Below are positions 10,798 to 22,829 of a DNA stretch of 41,802 bases, one piece after another; the first letter of the stretch is position 1; each line of letters begins with the position of its first letter. The DNA comes from Octopus bimaculoides (lineage: Eukaryota), in contig NC_068986.1 in NCBI RefSeq assembly GCF_001194135.2, positions 71,471,877 through 71,513,678 of the forward strand, written 5' to 3'. Below the pieces are notes generated by a model. The model did no database searches. It had not been told where the DNA came from and saw only the letters and a list, made by a program, of their open reading frames with translations. A program made the position numbers and the translations under genes.

Positions 10798-12780
10798 AAT
10801 AATGGGCTCCTCGTCCATCCTCTCCATGTGGCCAAATCACCTCAAATTCGTCTATCCAATTTGGTTAGTTCTTCTTTCATTCCTGCTCGTCTTCGCACTT
10901 CCTCATTCCTCATCCTGTCCATCCGTATTATATCAACCATAGCCCTCAGAGATGATATCTCAAACACATCTAGTCACCTCCTTTCCAACTATCTCAGCCC
11001 CCACGTCTCTGCACCATATAACATTGTCGGCACAATCACGCCCTCATACACACCTCTTTTCGCTTTCATACTCAACCTTTTATCTCTCAGCATATCTTTC
11101 ACAACTCTAAGTATCGTACTCTCCTCCCTCACTTTGTATCCCACCTCCTCAGCCAACCCCCACCCGACATCACATGTGATACTAGATACTTAAAACACTC
11201 ACCTCCTCTAAATTCTCGCCATTTATACTCACATCCACCTACCAGCCCTTCCATCTCTCGAACATCTCATCACCATACTCTTAGCTACATTCACTTTAAG
11301 TTTTCTCCTCTCACACACTCTTCCAAACTCTACCACCAGTCTCTCCAGTTGCTCTTCCGAATCCGCCACCAGTGCTGTATCATCAGCAAACAACCACTGA
11401 CTTACCTGCCATTTCTCTCCATTTTCTCCCACCATTTGGGCTGCCCTACCAAGGGTTCTAGTATTCACCTCTCTCACCACACCGTCTATATATAAAATAA
11501 ACAGCTACGGAGACATCACACAACACTGTCTTAACCCCATCTTCACATCAAACCACTCACCCTAACGTACGCCCTACTTTTTATATAAAAAACTCTGAAC
11601 AGCTCTCAACAATCTACAATCTACTCCATACAACCGCAACACCTGCTACATTTCATCCCTATCCACTCGGTTATATGCCTTCTCTAAGTCCATAAACTTA
11701 AACTGTACTAATAAGTGATCTGACACTCCTCCACCTTCACCTCTCATTAGATGCATATCTAACAACCTTCCTACCACTCTCTTATCAATTAATATGTAGT
11801 CCATCAAGGCCCTATCCACTACTGTCCCTTTCTCCACTCACCACCGCATGAACTTATTCTTCTCCCACTTTTTGAAAAGACTATCCCCCACCACCAACTC
11901 CTGCTCCATACACATTTCTAACAACCGCCTTCCACTCTCATTCCGACCAAAAACTCCATATTTTCCTACTACATTTTCTATTTCCTCATTTTCCACTCGT
12001 GCATTCAAATCACCCAACAACACTACATAACCAATTTTCCCCACCCTATCCCCACACTCTATCAGTTCCCTCCAGAACTCCTCTACCTCTTCCTCAATCC
12101 TTCCACTCTCTAGACCATATGTACTAAAAAAACACCCATATCTCTCCTCGTCCCTCCTCTTAAGCCACATTAATCTTGAAGACACTTCCCTCCACTCCGT
12201 CACACTCTTCTTCACACGCTCACTCACCAGCAATGCCACTCCCTCACGTGCTCTCCCACACCTGACACTCGTCCAGTCACATTCCCAAACTGATACTCTC
12301 CCTTACTTTTCATTAGTCTCTCTCAGTGCCAGCACATCCACCTTTCTCCTCATCATCACACTCCCTATCTTCTCTTTATCTCACTTGTACTACAACCACG
12401 CACATTCCATGACCCTAGTACTAGGTGAGATTTGGTGTTAACCTGCTCCCACTCCCTTGTCTTTTTCTTGCTGCCTTTTTAGGAATATGGATTTACTAGG
12501 AGGAGAGGATACCCAGTCCCCTTGCTCCTGCCCCTTTTAGTCGCCTCTTACGTCACGCAGGAAATATGGCGACTGCATTCTACCGAGCTTTTTCCCAGTC
12601 GCAAGGTGGGGAGTGCAAGTTAACCGATAGCTGGGACCCTTACAGGTACTACCACTCCAGGCCAGAGTAGATCTGAGAACAATAGTGGCTAAAAGGTGGT
12701 TCCACACTCCTCAAACCCTGAAACCATGGCCCCAGGGTCCCACTACCGGATGTACTTTATAGTCATACCCCGGACATGTA
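10798..12780 (-). mobile_element. RTE-clade LINE: 5' UTR, APE endonuclease and distal RT; internally deleted, 3'-truncated pseudogene
   Basis: 5' UTR motifs cctgtaagggtccca and taagaggcgactaaaagg; EN motifs GVALLV, LLGDLNARV, MDYILI, VSDH; RT motifs FMDLEKAY, LFADD (11379-11390), KLKVNVAKS, PTMLYGAETW, FGHMERMD; many stops and frameshifts. Confidence 0.93.
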
Positions 12781-13563
12781 TATTTAAAAATATGCCACTG
12801 AACTTCTCCAAACTAGACACCAATATTTAAGTATTATCTAAGCTTAATAAGATTACCTATGAAACAAAACAACCAATGATAATGTAAATTATCTTCACAA
12901 ACTGTGAATCCGCAAACGGTTTCCACTTTATAGGAACGAAAGACACTTCAAGAAAAAGAGGCTACAATATAAGAAATTCACAATCACATACGTATTCCTT
13001 TGTCAGCTGCCAAACGGATATCACTATGGTTTCAGCACCTGAGCTGTATCGTTTAATCCGGCAGTGTTAATGACGTTAAAACTATAGACGCCCACCTGGG
13101 TATCCACCAGCGTATTACTACAAGTAACAACATCAATGTATACAGATAAAATTTACTTGTAGCGACAAAATAGGACTTGAAAAAGACTGAAGCATGCTGA
13201 AATCTCGAAATTCTAGTTAACAGAACTTTATAATCTCTTCCCATTTTCCTGCCCTTCTTATTTTCTTCTTAGTAATTATAAGCTCGCTACAAATTTAATG
13301 TAGAACACGTTCGGAAATATATATTTATAGAAAATTAAAGGAGGCAAGTTATCGAAAATTATTACACATAAGTGTAATAATAAGAAATAAATAAGAACCT
13401 CATTATGATTAATTCTTAATTCACACTGGCATAGACGTCAATTGCAAGCAAATATGGCTTATGCTGAGTACCATGCTTTCGTTAATTGTTGTAGTTGCCT
13501 ATTTGGTCATGAGCATAAATAAACGCTCTTTCGATTTTTTCATTCTTGATCCAGTTGGACATC

Positions 13564-13630
13564 GTGAATGTAATAGCTGGATGGATAAAGGACTGCACTA
13601 GCGCTCTATCCATCCAGTTATTAGATACAC
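13564..13630. ncRNA. Pre-miRNA-like hairpin (unverified)
   Basis: Arms gtgaatgtaatagctggatggata and tatccatccagttattagatacac pair over 24 positions with 2 mismatches and 1 G-U; 19-nt loop. Confidence 0.3.
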
Positions 13631-14379
13631 AACCGTCAGCTGGTACCACATTTTAGCTCTTTTAACTGAAGCAACATCCAGGAATTGACCTTATGGCTTT
13701 AAGTTTGTAAGGTTTAAATCATACTGGATAAATAATGTAATTCATAACAAAGTTTTGAAGTATTGTTTTAGTTTTCAGTTATCTTATCTTTTAACTACCA
13801 ATGGAACATTTGGCCGTCAGCTCTATCCTACAATATATCATAGATATGTGAAATTGTGTGTACCGGTTAAATTTCCTCGAATTCGTTGATCAGAGAATAC
13901 AGCATAATCAGAGTTCAAAGAAACCAGTGTTGGCTCACGTAAAATTATTTTGTTTGAGTAAATTCTTTTGTTGTGAGGGGAATAAAAAGTCTGGTATTTA
14001 AGGTTCTACGTCTGACAGAAGTGACAACTTTAAGCGTGTGAAACATTTATTTTTTCTCATACGAAGTTACAATCCCAAAGCGTCATATTATTCTTTTCAC
14101 GGCATATAAACTTCCAAAAGAAAAAAGAATCATGAGCTTTTTTGTATAATTTTTGCTGATACAAACCATCATAAGTTTCTTCGAACTTGTTTAGTGTATA
14201 GTCAAATGAGTTTGTCAGATGCAGAATCAATCCCGAAACATCAATATCCTTTTATTTCCACTTTAAGTAGCTTGTAAACTTAGCATAATTCATAAACTTT
14301 TTGTTGACCTCCAATTCGAACGAAATGCTTTGCGCAATCTGTTTCACTTATTTACATTTTGAGTGCAAATCATACTAAA

Positions 14380-14497
14380 GTCAACTCTACTTTCATTTCA
14401 CCAGGGTTGATAAGGCATTGTACCAATCTCAATGGTATCGTGTGACACTCTTCGCTCGAAATTACTAGACTTGTACCTAAATTAGAAATTCCAATAT
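14380..14497 (+). mobile_element. Degraded 3' half of SINE family A
   Basis: gtcaactctactttcatttcaccagggttgataagg...gtaccaa...cttgtacctaaattagaaat follows the family A core and tail. Confidence 0.55.
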
Positions 14498-14524
14498 CTA
14501 AGTCTTTATTTTATTAATGTCAAT

Positions 14525-14790
14525 CATGTGCCTCTGACCGAGATGTGGTTCGATACTCAAATTCCTTGTCAGTGATTTCAAGGTATCGTAATATGGTTTC
14601 CTTAATAGTAAGATAAATGTTGATGTGGTGTGTACTTGAGATTTTCAAGTTTGCTGTTAGGTAGATAGGATATTGTTAAACATTGCTATAATAGGAATTA
14701 GTACATTTTTCAGAAGTGTTAGATAACCTGAAATGGTATTTTTAAAGCATAAACCTCCCTGTGTGATGGGAGATAAAGTTGGATCCAATG
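14525..14790 (+). mobile_element. Possible degraded LINE APE-endonuclease fragment
   Basis: LTEMWFDTQIP resembles LTETWL...IP; a later VMGD resembles IMGDFN. Confidence 0.3.
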
Positions 14791-16529
14791 TCCTTTGAAT
14801 TTGTCGTAAACAAGATGGTAAATCATTTTATCGATACGTATTATCATCCACACCTAATTAACTATCGTAGTGCATAGGATAAGGAAGCTCGCTGATTTTA
14901 TCAGTGGACAATCTCACTACAAGAATTCAAAAATGTTTACTGCATTATCGTTATTCAAATGTCACTAGTGAATCAATACTTGCTATGTTCAAGTATCCGA
15001 TTGCTCGAAAAGACAGTGTAATATTCAGCATCGTTATTGTGTCATTTTATTTTCTAAACATTTGAAATCACAACAGTAAATAAGTTATGCATACTTTTGC
15101 TATAAAACATACCCCATTTTTTTTTATAACAAAAGACTTATACTCAGTTCAATAATGCAACAATTCAACTTCCGTTAGTAATACACAGCTAATGTAACAA
15201 CTACAGCGGTTATTAGTTATACCCGTATCTCTCAGCATCATAGCAGCACAACTTACTCTTATACTACTATCAGTAATAAACCCTATATATATGTAATTAA
15301 TCAGTGCTGTGTCTAACAGGTCATAAAAAATTGTAAGTGGAAAAACTACCAAAGCGTTGAATTGTAAACTGATCTTTGAAGTGTTATAAGTATTCTGTGA
15401 GTCTTATATAGATCCAAATTTCCTCAAAGAAATTCGGGACTTTGTAACTCACTAAAGTGTATACTATGTGTATTATATGTACATATCCCTTAATAAGTAG
15501 GCTTCATGGACTAGTTGTCCTTGATTCTTGATTCTCTTCAACGGCCGACATTGCTCAAAACATACTTCTTGAAAGGTTTGCTAACTTGAAAAATTTAACC
15601 ATAGTTGATGCTAAATTCGATACAAGCTGCACGAGAGGCTTTCATTGTAAGACGTTACAGTTTATAAATATCAACGAAAAAAGAGACAGCGGGAGAAATA
15701 AAAAATGAGAAATAAAAAATGTTTTTTAAATACTTGTAAATTTCATTGAGTAAAGAATGTATCATAAATGGTAAGTAAATAATTCCTGACATACTGGTGT
15801 AAAACGATGGAAATGTCGTTTGAATGAAACTCCAATTCCAATAAATCTTGTTGATGTAATTTGATTTCAATAACTAAATGGCGAATATTTTTTAAGAGAC
15901 AAAAATAAAGAAGCAGCTAAATAATAAATAATGGAAATGTTAAATATTTAATTAACACTTTTAATTATATGAACTTCGAATTCCTAATTTATGGTCTCCA
16001 ATATGGGCACACTATTAAGTGTTAACAACACGCAGATACTACCATAGTGACATGATTATAAAAGAAATGTCACCTTATCCCGATATTGCATTTTGAAACT
16101 GCTGTGGAGATAAAAGAGATTCTCTTGTTTACTGTTAAATGTGGTCTCGTTTCTGGAATTATTGATAACATAAAGACTGCAAGAACATCATTAATGAGGT
16201 TTAAGAAGTTCCATCACACATCAAGCATATCAATTCTGCTTTGTTTATTACATGACCAAGCTATTATATTTTAGGAAATCAACTATGCAACTCCAACAAC
16301 TTCGGCGATTATTTCATATTCGTAGTGTCCAACCCCTGATAGCAAATACACTTCTTTTTTATGGACATCAAAATTATTCCACAACTGTTTGCATTGAGAC
16401 AGTAATTTCAGTTACATTTTCTCATCACTTATGAATCCTATTTACTTTCTTTTAATGTTAAGAGATGCTCAAGGCAACTTAATAGAAAAATCTGCTATAA
16501 ATCTTAAGGCACACTAAAGCAAAATTCTC

Positions 16530-16587
16530 CTTCCTCTTCTTCTTCTTCTTCTTCTTCTTCTTCTTCTTCTTCTTCTTCTTCTTCTTC

Positions 16588-16645
<58 letters not shown>
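16530..16645. repeat. (CTT)n-(ATT)n compound microsatellite
   Basis: Directly visible. Confidence 0.97.
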
Positions 16646-16646
<1 letters not shown>

Positions 16647-16804
16647 TTGCTACGGAACACATCGTACATGTTTCCGAACGCTCCAACTAAGTCCGTTTCA
16701 AAAATATTTATTTACACCAGTTTTGGTGTCTTTTTGCAATAATAATTTTATTCCAAGTTGTGATCAGAAGCACCTGGAACCTATTATTGGTTTTTATATG
16801 GTTG

Positions 16805-19390
16805 TGCAGCCCCCAGAGGGGCGATTTTCGGCCCACCAAATAAATTCGGTGGGCGTTAAAATTTAATGGAATCAATACAACTCAACAAGATGGCGGAACG
16901 CGTCTTGAAAGAGTTGAGGAAAAACAAAACAAACTCTCCTACCAATATGGTAATAGAAGACTTCCCTCCCCTTCCCTTTATCACGGCAAACAATACAGGG
17001 GAAGGGGGAAAGAGAAGAACAAGACAAACATAGTACAAAGTACAACAAAGAGTAACAATAGAAGCAGAAACACTAACAGCAATAAAAATGACAACAGCAG
17101 CAGCCGCAACAGCAACAACCACGAAAAAGAAAGCAACAGCAGTGGCAGTAGCGATAGCGACAACAATAACAACAACAACGAGAGCAAAAGTGACGACGGC
17201 AACAGCAACAAAACCAACACCAGTAACATATATAAGAACGACAACAACAACGGTAGCAGCAGCAGCAGTGACAACAACAAAAACAACAACGAAGACAAAC
17301 TAAATAAAAATATCAAAACTAGTTTTCCAGCAGCGAGGACTAAACACCGATATAACGTATATCTCACAAATAAGAAGCATAGGCTCCCAGAAGCATGGAA
17401 ACTAATTAAACAAGAGAACAATTGGGCAAATCTCATGATCCCATCAGAGGTAATTGAAGCAGTGGAGACAAGAACGGTGCTTTTCAGATGTATCTCAGCA
17501 GACGCAAAAAGAGCGGCTTTGATAGCCCAAGTAGATACTGAGGCAGCGCTGAGGTGCATAAGAAATGACATCGAATACATAGCGAGGGGCAAACAATATG
17601 GCACCATTTCGGTGCTATTTAAATCAGAAGCCCTGGCTGTGAAACATTCAATGACCCCCTCCCACATAGGGAAACGTACAGCTCGTGTCCGCATTCCTAA
17701 AATCTCCCCAGGACTAGATATTTGGTGGCCTCTGGGATGCGTAATCGTGGAGGGGACGGATACTGTCCCTATAGAGGCGATAAAAACTGTCAGGGAGGAC
17801 TGGTCAGGGGTTGACCTGAAGATACTTCTCCAGATCAGACCCGAAAACATATAAAAAATCGCAAACCACCTCCGTCTCCAGAACGGGACAGTGATACATA
17901 TCATGACTGGGGGCAAAAGGCCGCATTGTTTCAGGAGTGGAGAAACGACTCATTTGGCTGCTCGATGCCGTCTACGGCCTTCACTGCTGCCTACGCCTGA
18001 ACGAGAACCAAAAACATCACCAGTACCGGCAAAACTACCGCAAGAACACCAAATATATTAACCATCCTAGTGGGAAACAAAAAAAGCTCTCCGACCCCCT
18101 CAAACCAAACAAAAATACACGCATAAACAAGATTATAAACATACAGATACAGACACACTTACAGCAACAAACCCTTCACCGAAAGGGCCAAAAAAAGAAA
18201 ACAGAAAGCACAAAAGAAAAACTCCACAAAGTATAACAACACCCACAATAAAAAATACAAGCACCACCGACGGAAACATCTCACAAAAAACACCAACACA
18301 AATACAACCAACGCGATCACTATCACCAGAATCCCCCAAACGCAAACAACCTAAACAGGAACAGACACTCACACAAACATCTAAAACTGCGGATACCACA
18401 TTCACAGCACACACAGAAACAACGGAAACAACAACACCATCACCACTACAGTTAAGCAAACAAATTAAACAATACCCAACTTCGCACTCAGCAGAAGGGA
18501 CAACGAGGAACTGATGGCACTCGAAACACAAAACACGGAATTTGAAACAGGGGTGGGGGATCTGCGAATCGAACACATTCCGTGTACCAAAAGATTTACT
18601 TCTGGTGCAAATGTCGCTCGATTCTTACACGAAAATTCGGGAGAGCTTTCCGGGGGACGTGGTAACCCCGAACGTGAGACCCACATGGAGGCTCTTAAAG
18701 GGGTTCGCTAAAAAGACCCCAACAACTATAGAGGTCGAACCACCCGACCTTCACAAGACACCGGGAGGTAAGTAAACCTTTCCATTCTCTCTTTAGCTTG
18801 CCAACATGGCCATACTAAGAGTAGGATTTTTAAATGTGAGAGGCCTGGGATCACCCTGAAGCAAGGACGCCTGCTCAACGACGTCAGGCCTGTAAAACTG
18901 GATAAAATTGCTGTCAGTGAAACCAGGATTTGCAATACATGCGTACTGGCCCCCATGTTCGACGACTATCAGGTCTTTGCATCTGTTAGTGGGTCGGGAA
19001 TGGGAGGTGGAGTGGCAGTGCTGTTCGGGAAAGAACTGGATCTCGAAGGAAACTCGATCTTCTGGGACCCGGACTGGAAGTTGATAGTCCTGGACGTGAG
19101 CTTCAGTGAAGGTGTGTCTTTAGACTGGTGGCCGTCTACGCTCCCGCCGGTGCCAAACGGCTAGATTTCTTTAGGCGTCTGGAAACCTTTCTAGATACGT
19201 CTCCCCATTACTATTAGTAGGGGACTGGAACGGAATCTTAGATCAATGTTGGGATTGTGTGGGAGTATCTGATAGAAGTGTGGGGTGCAAACGCCTCAAG
19301 CGCCTGATCAGACAGTTCCAACTGTCTGACAGGTACCGACGAATGCACGGTGCCAAGTGGAGCACTTTTGGTAAGCAGAACTGGTAATGT
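16805..19390 (+). mobile_element. L1/Tx1-like LINE copy 1: 5' UTR, ORF1 pseudogene (about 16866-18775) and ORF2 endonuclease (from ATG 18806); 3' half missing
   Basis: ORF1 MESIQLNKMAERVLK...EDFPPLP, low-complexity T/A/Q tract, core YGTISVLF...RVRIPKISP and gag-like knuckle CFRSGETTHLAARC (17927-17968, second Cys changed to Ser); ORF2 MAILRVGFLNVRGL, IAVSET, GGGVAVLF, FRLVAVYAP, GDWN. Confidence 0.9.
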
Positions 19391-21405
19391 GGGATGTCTG
19401 CACATTTATTTACCCCCAAACTGCATTCCAAGATCTTTACAAAATATTCTCACTGCTTGAACCAAAGAGTTTAGGTCTGCCTCACTTCTTGCACACAGCT
19501 TGAGGTCATCCATAATAAGGGGGCGATTTATTTCATCTCAGGCCTGGACTTTCTGAGTATACTTCTCAGTTGGACTAGCGCAGTAACGAAGGGTTAGAAA
19601 ATGCATATTTTCTTGTTACTAGTAATTCATTTGCACATAACAGTTCTACTCCCCAAACTCTCCTTGCTTTCTGCAAAAACGTGCTTATCTTCTCCTTGAC
19701 TCCTAACGTCCTCAGGTATCACAAGAGCCAACTGTAGGGTACATTGTCATAGCTTTCCAGTAATCTATCCATGCAGCAGCTAAATGCTTCTTACTTGCTC
19801 GTGCCTCATTTAACACTACTATCTGCCTTTCTATATGTATATAGCAATTAAGCAGTTCCCTTGATTTCTTCCTACACCCTTTTCTCTTCTGCTAGCAATA
19901 GATTCTCCTTTTCCAGAAAATTATATACTTCATCTGCTGTGAGTCCAGTTAATAATTTCTAAAGTAATTATAAGCAAATAATAGGTCTATAATTGGTGAT
20001 TCCCAACCTCTTTTCTTCGTCTGTTTATAGCAGCACTGTCTTTCCTTTTGTCATCCAAGTTGGTGCTCCATTTTTCATGCAGTCAGTAAAAAAATGGTCG
20101 CATATAACTGTGTATACTTCGAAGATTCTTGAGCCAGACACCCTGGATAGCTTCTGATTTGGGGAGCTTTCCAGTTTGATATTTCCTTAATCATCTCTTA
20201 CTTTCTTATCCGTGATTGTTATATTTTGTATCAGTCCAGCTTCCATTTCTCTTTTACATTCCCGTAACCAGCTTGCTTTTATATTATGTTGGACTTCTTT
20301 GCTCCAGATCTTTGCCCAGAATTTCCTTGCTACCTCAGCATGTTTCTCTTCATTCTTCACTTGTTTATACAATTTTCTTTCCTTTGCAGTTGGTTCCTGT
20401 GTCTTTCTCTGACACTTTTCTTTTCTATGATTGCATGTATCCATCGAAGGTCTCACTTGAGCTGATGAATTTGGTTCTGAAGCCTTCATTTCCACCATGG
20501 GGCTTTCCTTTTTGTTGTTCTTTTACTTTTAATCCATAAGACTTTGCATAACGACAGAGGCTGTGCAGTATATAAGGTCGTTTAGATCTTTTATGTTTCT
20601 GATGTAAATTTTCTTTAATAGTTCGTCCATCACTTTCATTACTTTATATAATCTTCATTTTTCAACTCCTCTCGGAGCTGGTAGCTTCTTTCTTTCGTTA
20701 TTTCGCACCTCGTTCGGGTGTAGAAGTAAGTTCCTTTCTTCCCCTGAAACAGAAATTACATCCATCCGCAAATTAGAATTCACCATCATCCAAGCAGCTG
20801 TTTCTTTTGTGGATAGTTACTGGTCCCTCTGCTAATCTTTGTTCTTGTCCTGTTTTTTTTTATTCTTCGAGTCCCGCGTAGTTACTCTCACACTCTTTCA
20901 TTATTGTGGAGGGAGGTCTCCTCCAGTTCCAGCTGGGATAGCCACAGTCTTCTCAAGATTAAATATTTTGGTTTATATATCTTTGCTCCGTGATAGGCAA
21001 CATGTCCAAATTTTATACATTCTTTTCCGGAATCATATTTTAATAGGCTTACTTCTGTAATAAAATCCCTTTACTGTTCTATTGACGTTTTGAGTTCACT
21101 TTCTCCTAAACATTGCAAAAGTATCTGGATAACGACCAGGTCCTCTCATCTGCGCAGTGAAGAACTTGCTGTGCGACTGACCTTCATTCGGGATTCGGGT
21201 CTCGTGAACGCTTTTGTCATAATTTTTCTTTGGCATTACACTCATAAAGAGGGCTCTGTTGGTAGGGTGTCACGGACACCAGTGTCTTTATCTATACACC
21301 TTCTCTAAGGAATTGCCAGCCAAGGCTAAAGGCACCTTTTTTCCTCTGTGTAGATTTATCCCCGTAAGGACATTCTCTGCCATTTTTACTCTCAGGATAG
21401 ACGCT
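19391..21405 (-). mobile_element. R4/Dong-clade retrotransposon, 5' end through RT, degraded and 3'-truncated
   Basis: Minus-strand pieces FYYRSKPI..FRKRMYKIW, KFWAKIWS..VQHN..ASWL, WMTKGKTVL, NYRPIICL, WIDY.KA, IMDDLKL (19505-19513), GMQFGVNKCA; 5' end abuts (TAA)n at 21406-21420. Confidence 0.88.
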
Positions 21406-21422
21406 ATTATTATTATTATTGT

Positions 21423-21620
21423 TGTTGTCCTGAGCGATACTGGCTCAAGCGCCAATACAGAAGTGCCATTTAGATGGCCGTTGATTCCTCAGAGTTCATC
21501 CGCCCTTAGACGGGTCTTATTTTTTCTCATCCAGAGTGACCAAGTAGCAAGAAAAACACCTTCCTCACAAAAAAAGCTACGTTGGACTGCCAGTTTAGTC
21601 ACCGACGACCCGACATTTGT
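21423..21620 (-). mobile_element. Possible 3' end of another non-LTR element (HERO/REL-like C-terminus and 3' UTR with (AAC)(AAT)n tail)
   Basis: Reads VGSSVTKLAVQRSFFCEEGVFLATWSLWMRKNKTRLRADEL*; the SLWMRK ending recalls the W.W..R C-termini of HERO-like ORFs. Weak. Confidence 0.3.
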
Positions 21621-22094
21621 GATTCAATTTCACGATATCATTTATGGTGGTGGTGAAGGAGTGAGTGTCAAGTACTTATTTAAATAAAATACGCGGACAC
21701 ATGAAAATTGCTTTTCTTGTTTCCACAAGATAAAGAAAAGAAGGAAAGGAGGGGAAATGAGAGAGAGAGAGAGAGAGAGAAGAAAAAAAAGAAAGAGAGA
21801 GAGAGAGGGAGAGAGAAATGGTACGAGAGCATCTGTGCTTCACTGTGCGAAAGTATGCAATGAACTGGTGGAGGATGGGTAAGGTTTGCGCATAAAGCCT
21901 GTGAGTTAATGTGATGGATTGGGTTGCTGAAAATTTGAATGCAGCGTACACATGAGCTCGCGCACATATAACTTCATAAATACACGCACCCACACACATA
22001 CGTATACATATACGTCAGCGAGGAAGAGGAAGAAGGAGAGAGAGAAAGAGAGAGATGCAAAGAGAAAGAGAGAAAGAGATATGAGATAGAGCAT

Positions 22095-22680
22095 CTGACA
22101 AAATGCTTAGCGAATATTTCTTCTCATTATGTGCTCTGTTCAATTTCCGTCGAGGTCAACTGTACGTTTCATCTCACCAGGGTCGATAAAGTAAGTACCA
22201 GTCAAGTACTGTTGTTGTTGGCACTCCGTCGCTTACGATGTCGAAGGTTCCAGTTGATCCGGTCAATGGAAGAGACTGCTCGTAAAAATAACGTGCAAGT
22301 GGCTGAGCACTCCACAGACACGTGTACCCTTAACGTAGTTCTCGGGGATATTCAGCGTGACACAGTGTGACAAGGTTGGCCCTTTGAAATACAGGTGCAA
22401 CAGATATAGGAAGAAAGAGTGAGAGAAAGTTGTGGTGAAAGAGTACAGCAGGGTTCGCCACCATCCCCTGCCGGAGCCTCGTGGACCTTTAGGTGTTTTC
22501 ACTTAATAAACACTCACAACGTCCGGTCTGGGAATCGAAACCGCGATCCTATGACCGCGAGTTCGCTGCCCTAACCACTGGGCCATTTCGCCTCCACCAG
22601 TCAAGTACTAAGACTGATGTAATCAACAAATCCATTCCACTAAAAAATTTCTCAACTTGTGCCAAAATTTGAAATCCATT
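22095..22680 (+). mobile_element. SINE family A, split by a nested SINE
   Basis: aaatgcttagcg...gaggtcaac...gggtcgataaagtaagtaccagtcaagtact, resuming after 22596 with gatgtaatcaac...cttgtgccaaaatttgaaa. Confidence 0.8.
22211..22595 (-). mobile_element. tRNA-derived SINE family C (resembles octopus OR-type SINEs), full length, 14-bp TSD
   Basis: Head GGAGGCGAAATGGCCCAGTGGTTAGG (A box) ... GGTTTCGATTCCC (B box); tail ends in (AAC)n; accagtcaagtact duplicated at 22197-22210 and 22596-22609. Confidence 0.92.
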
Positions 22681-22829
22681 TTATTATTCCTTATGATAAC
22701 AACATACACTGTTTTGTCTAATCGTATATCTACACACAATCTCAATGTTAAAATTGCTTTCCCCTTTGGGATATAACATTTGAAAAAACTTTTAAAAGTT
22801 TATATTTTCGACAAGCGTAATTTTTAAGA

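Noticed and set aside
16074-16101. Minus-strand 28-nt segment between a strong acceptor and AAG|GTGACA
   Set aside because: The phase-0 frame has a stop; the remaining frames give no recognisable peptide; within chance expectation.
16981-17916. 311-aa minus-strand ORF rich in Leu/Val
   Set aside because: Antisense shadow of the L1/Tx1-like ORF1; the hydrophobic runs come from its ACA/GCA tract.
22520-22595. tRNA-like sequence with A and B boxes (also the other SINE heads)
   Set aside because: Continues into a SINE body with TSD; no complete cloverleaf or acceptor stem.
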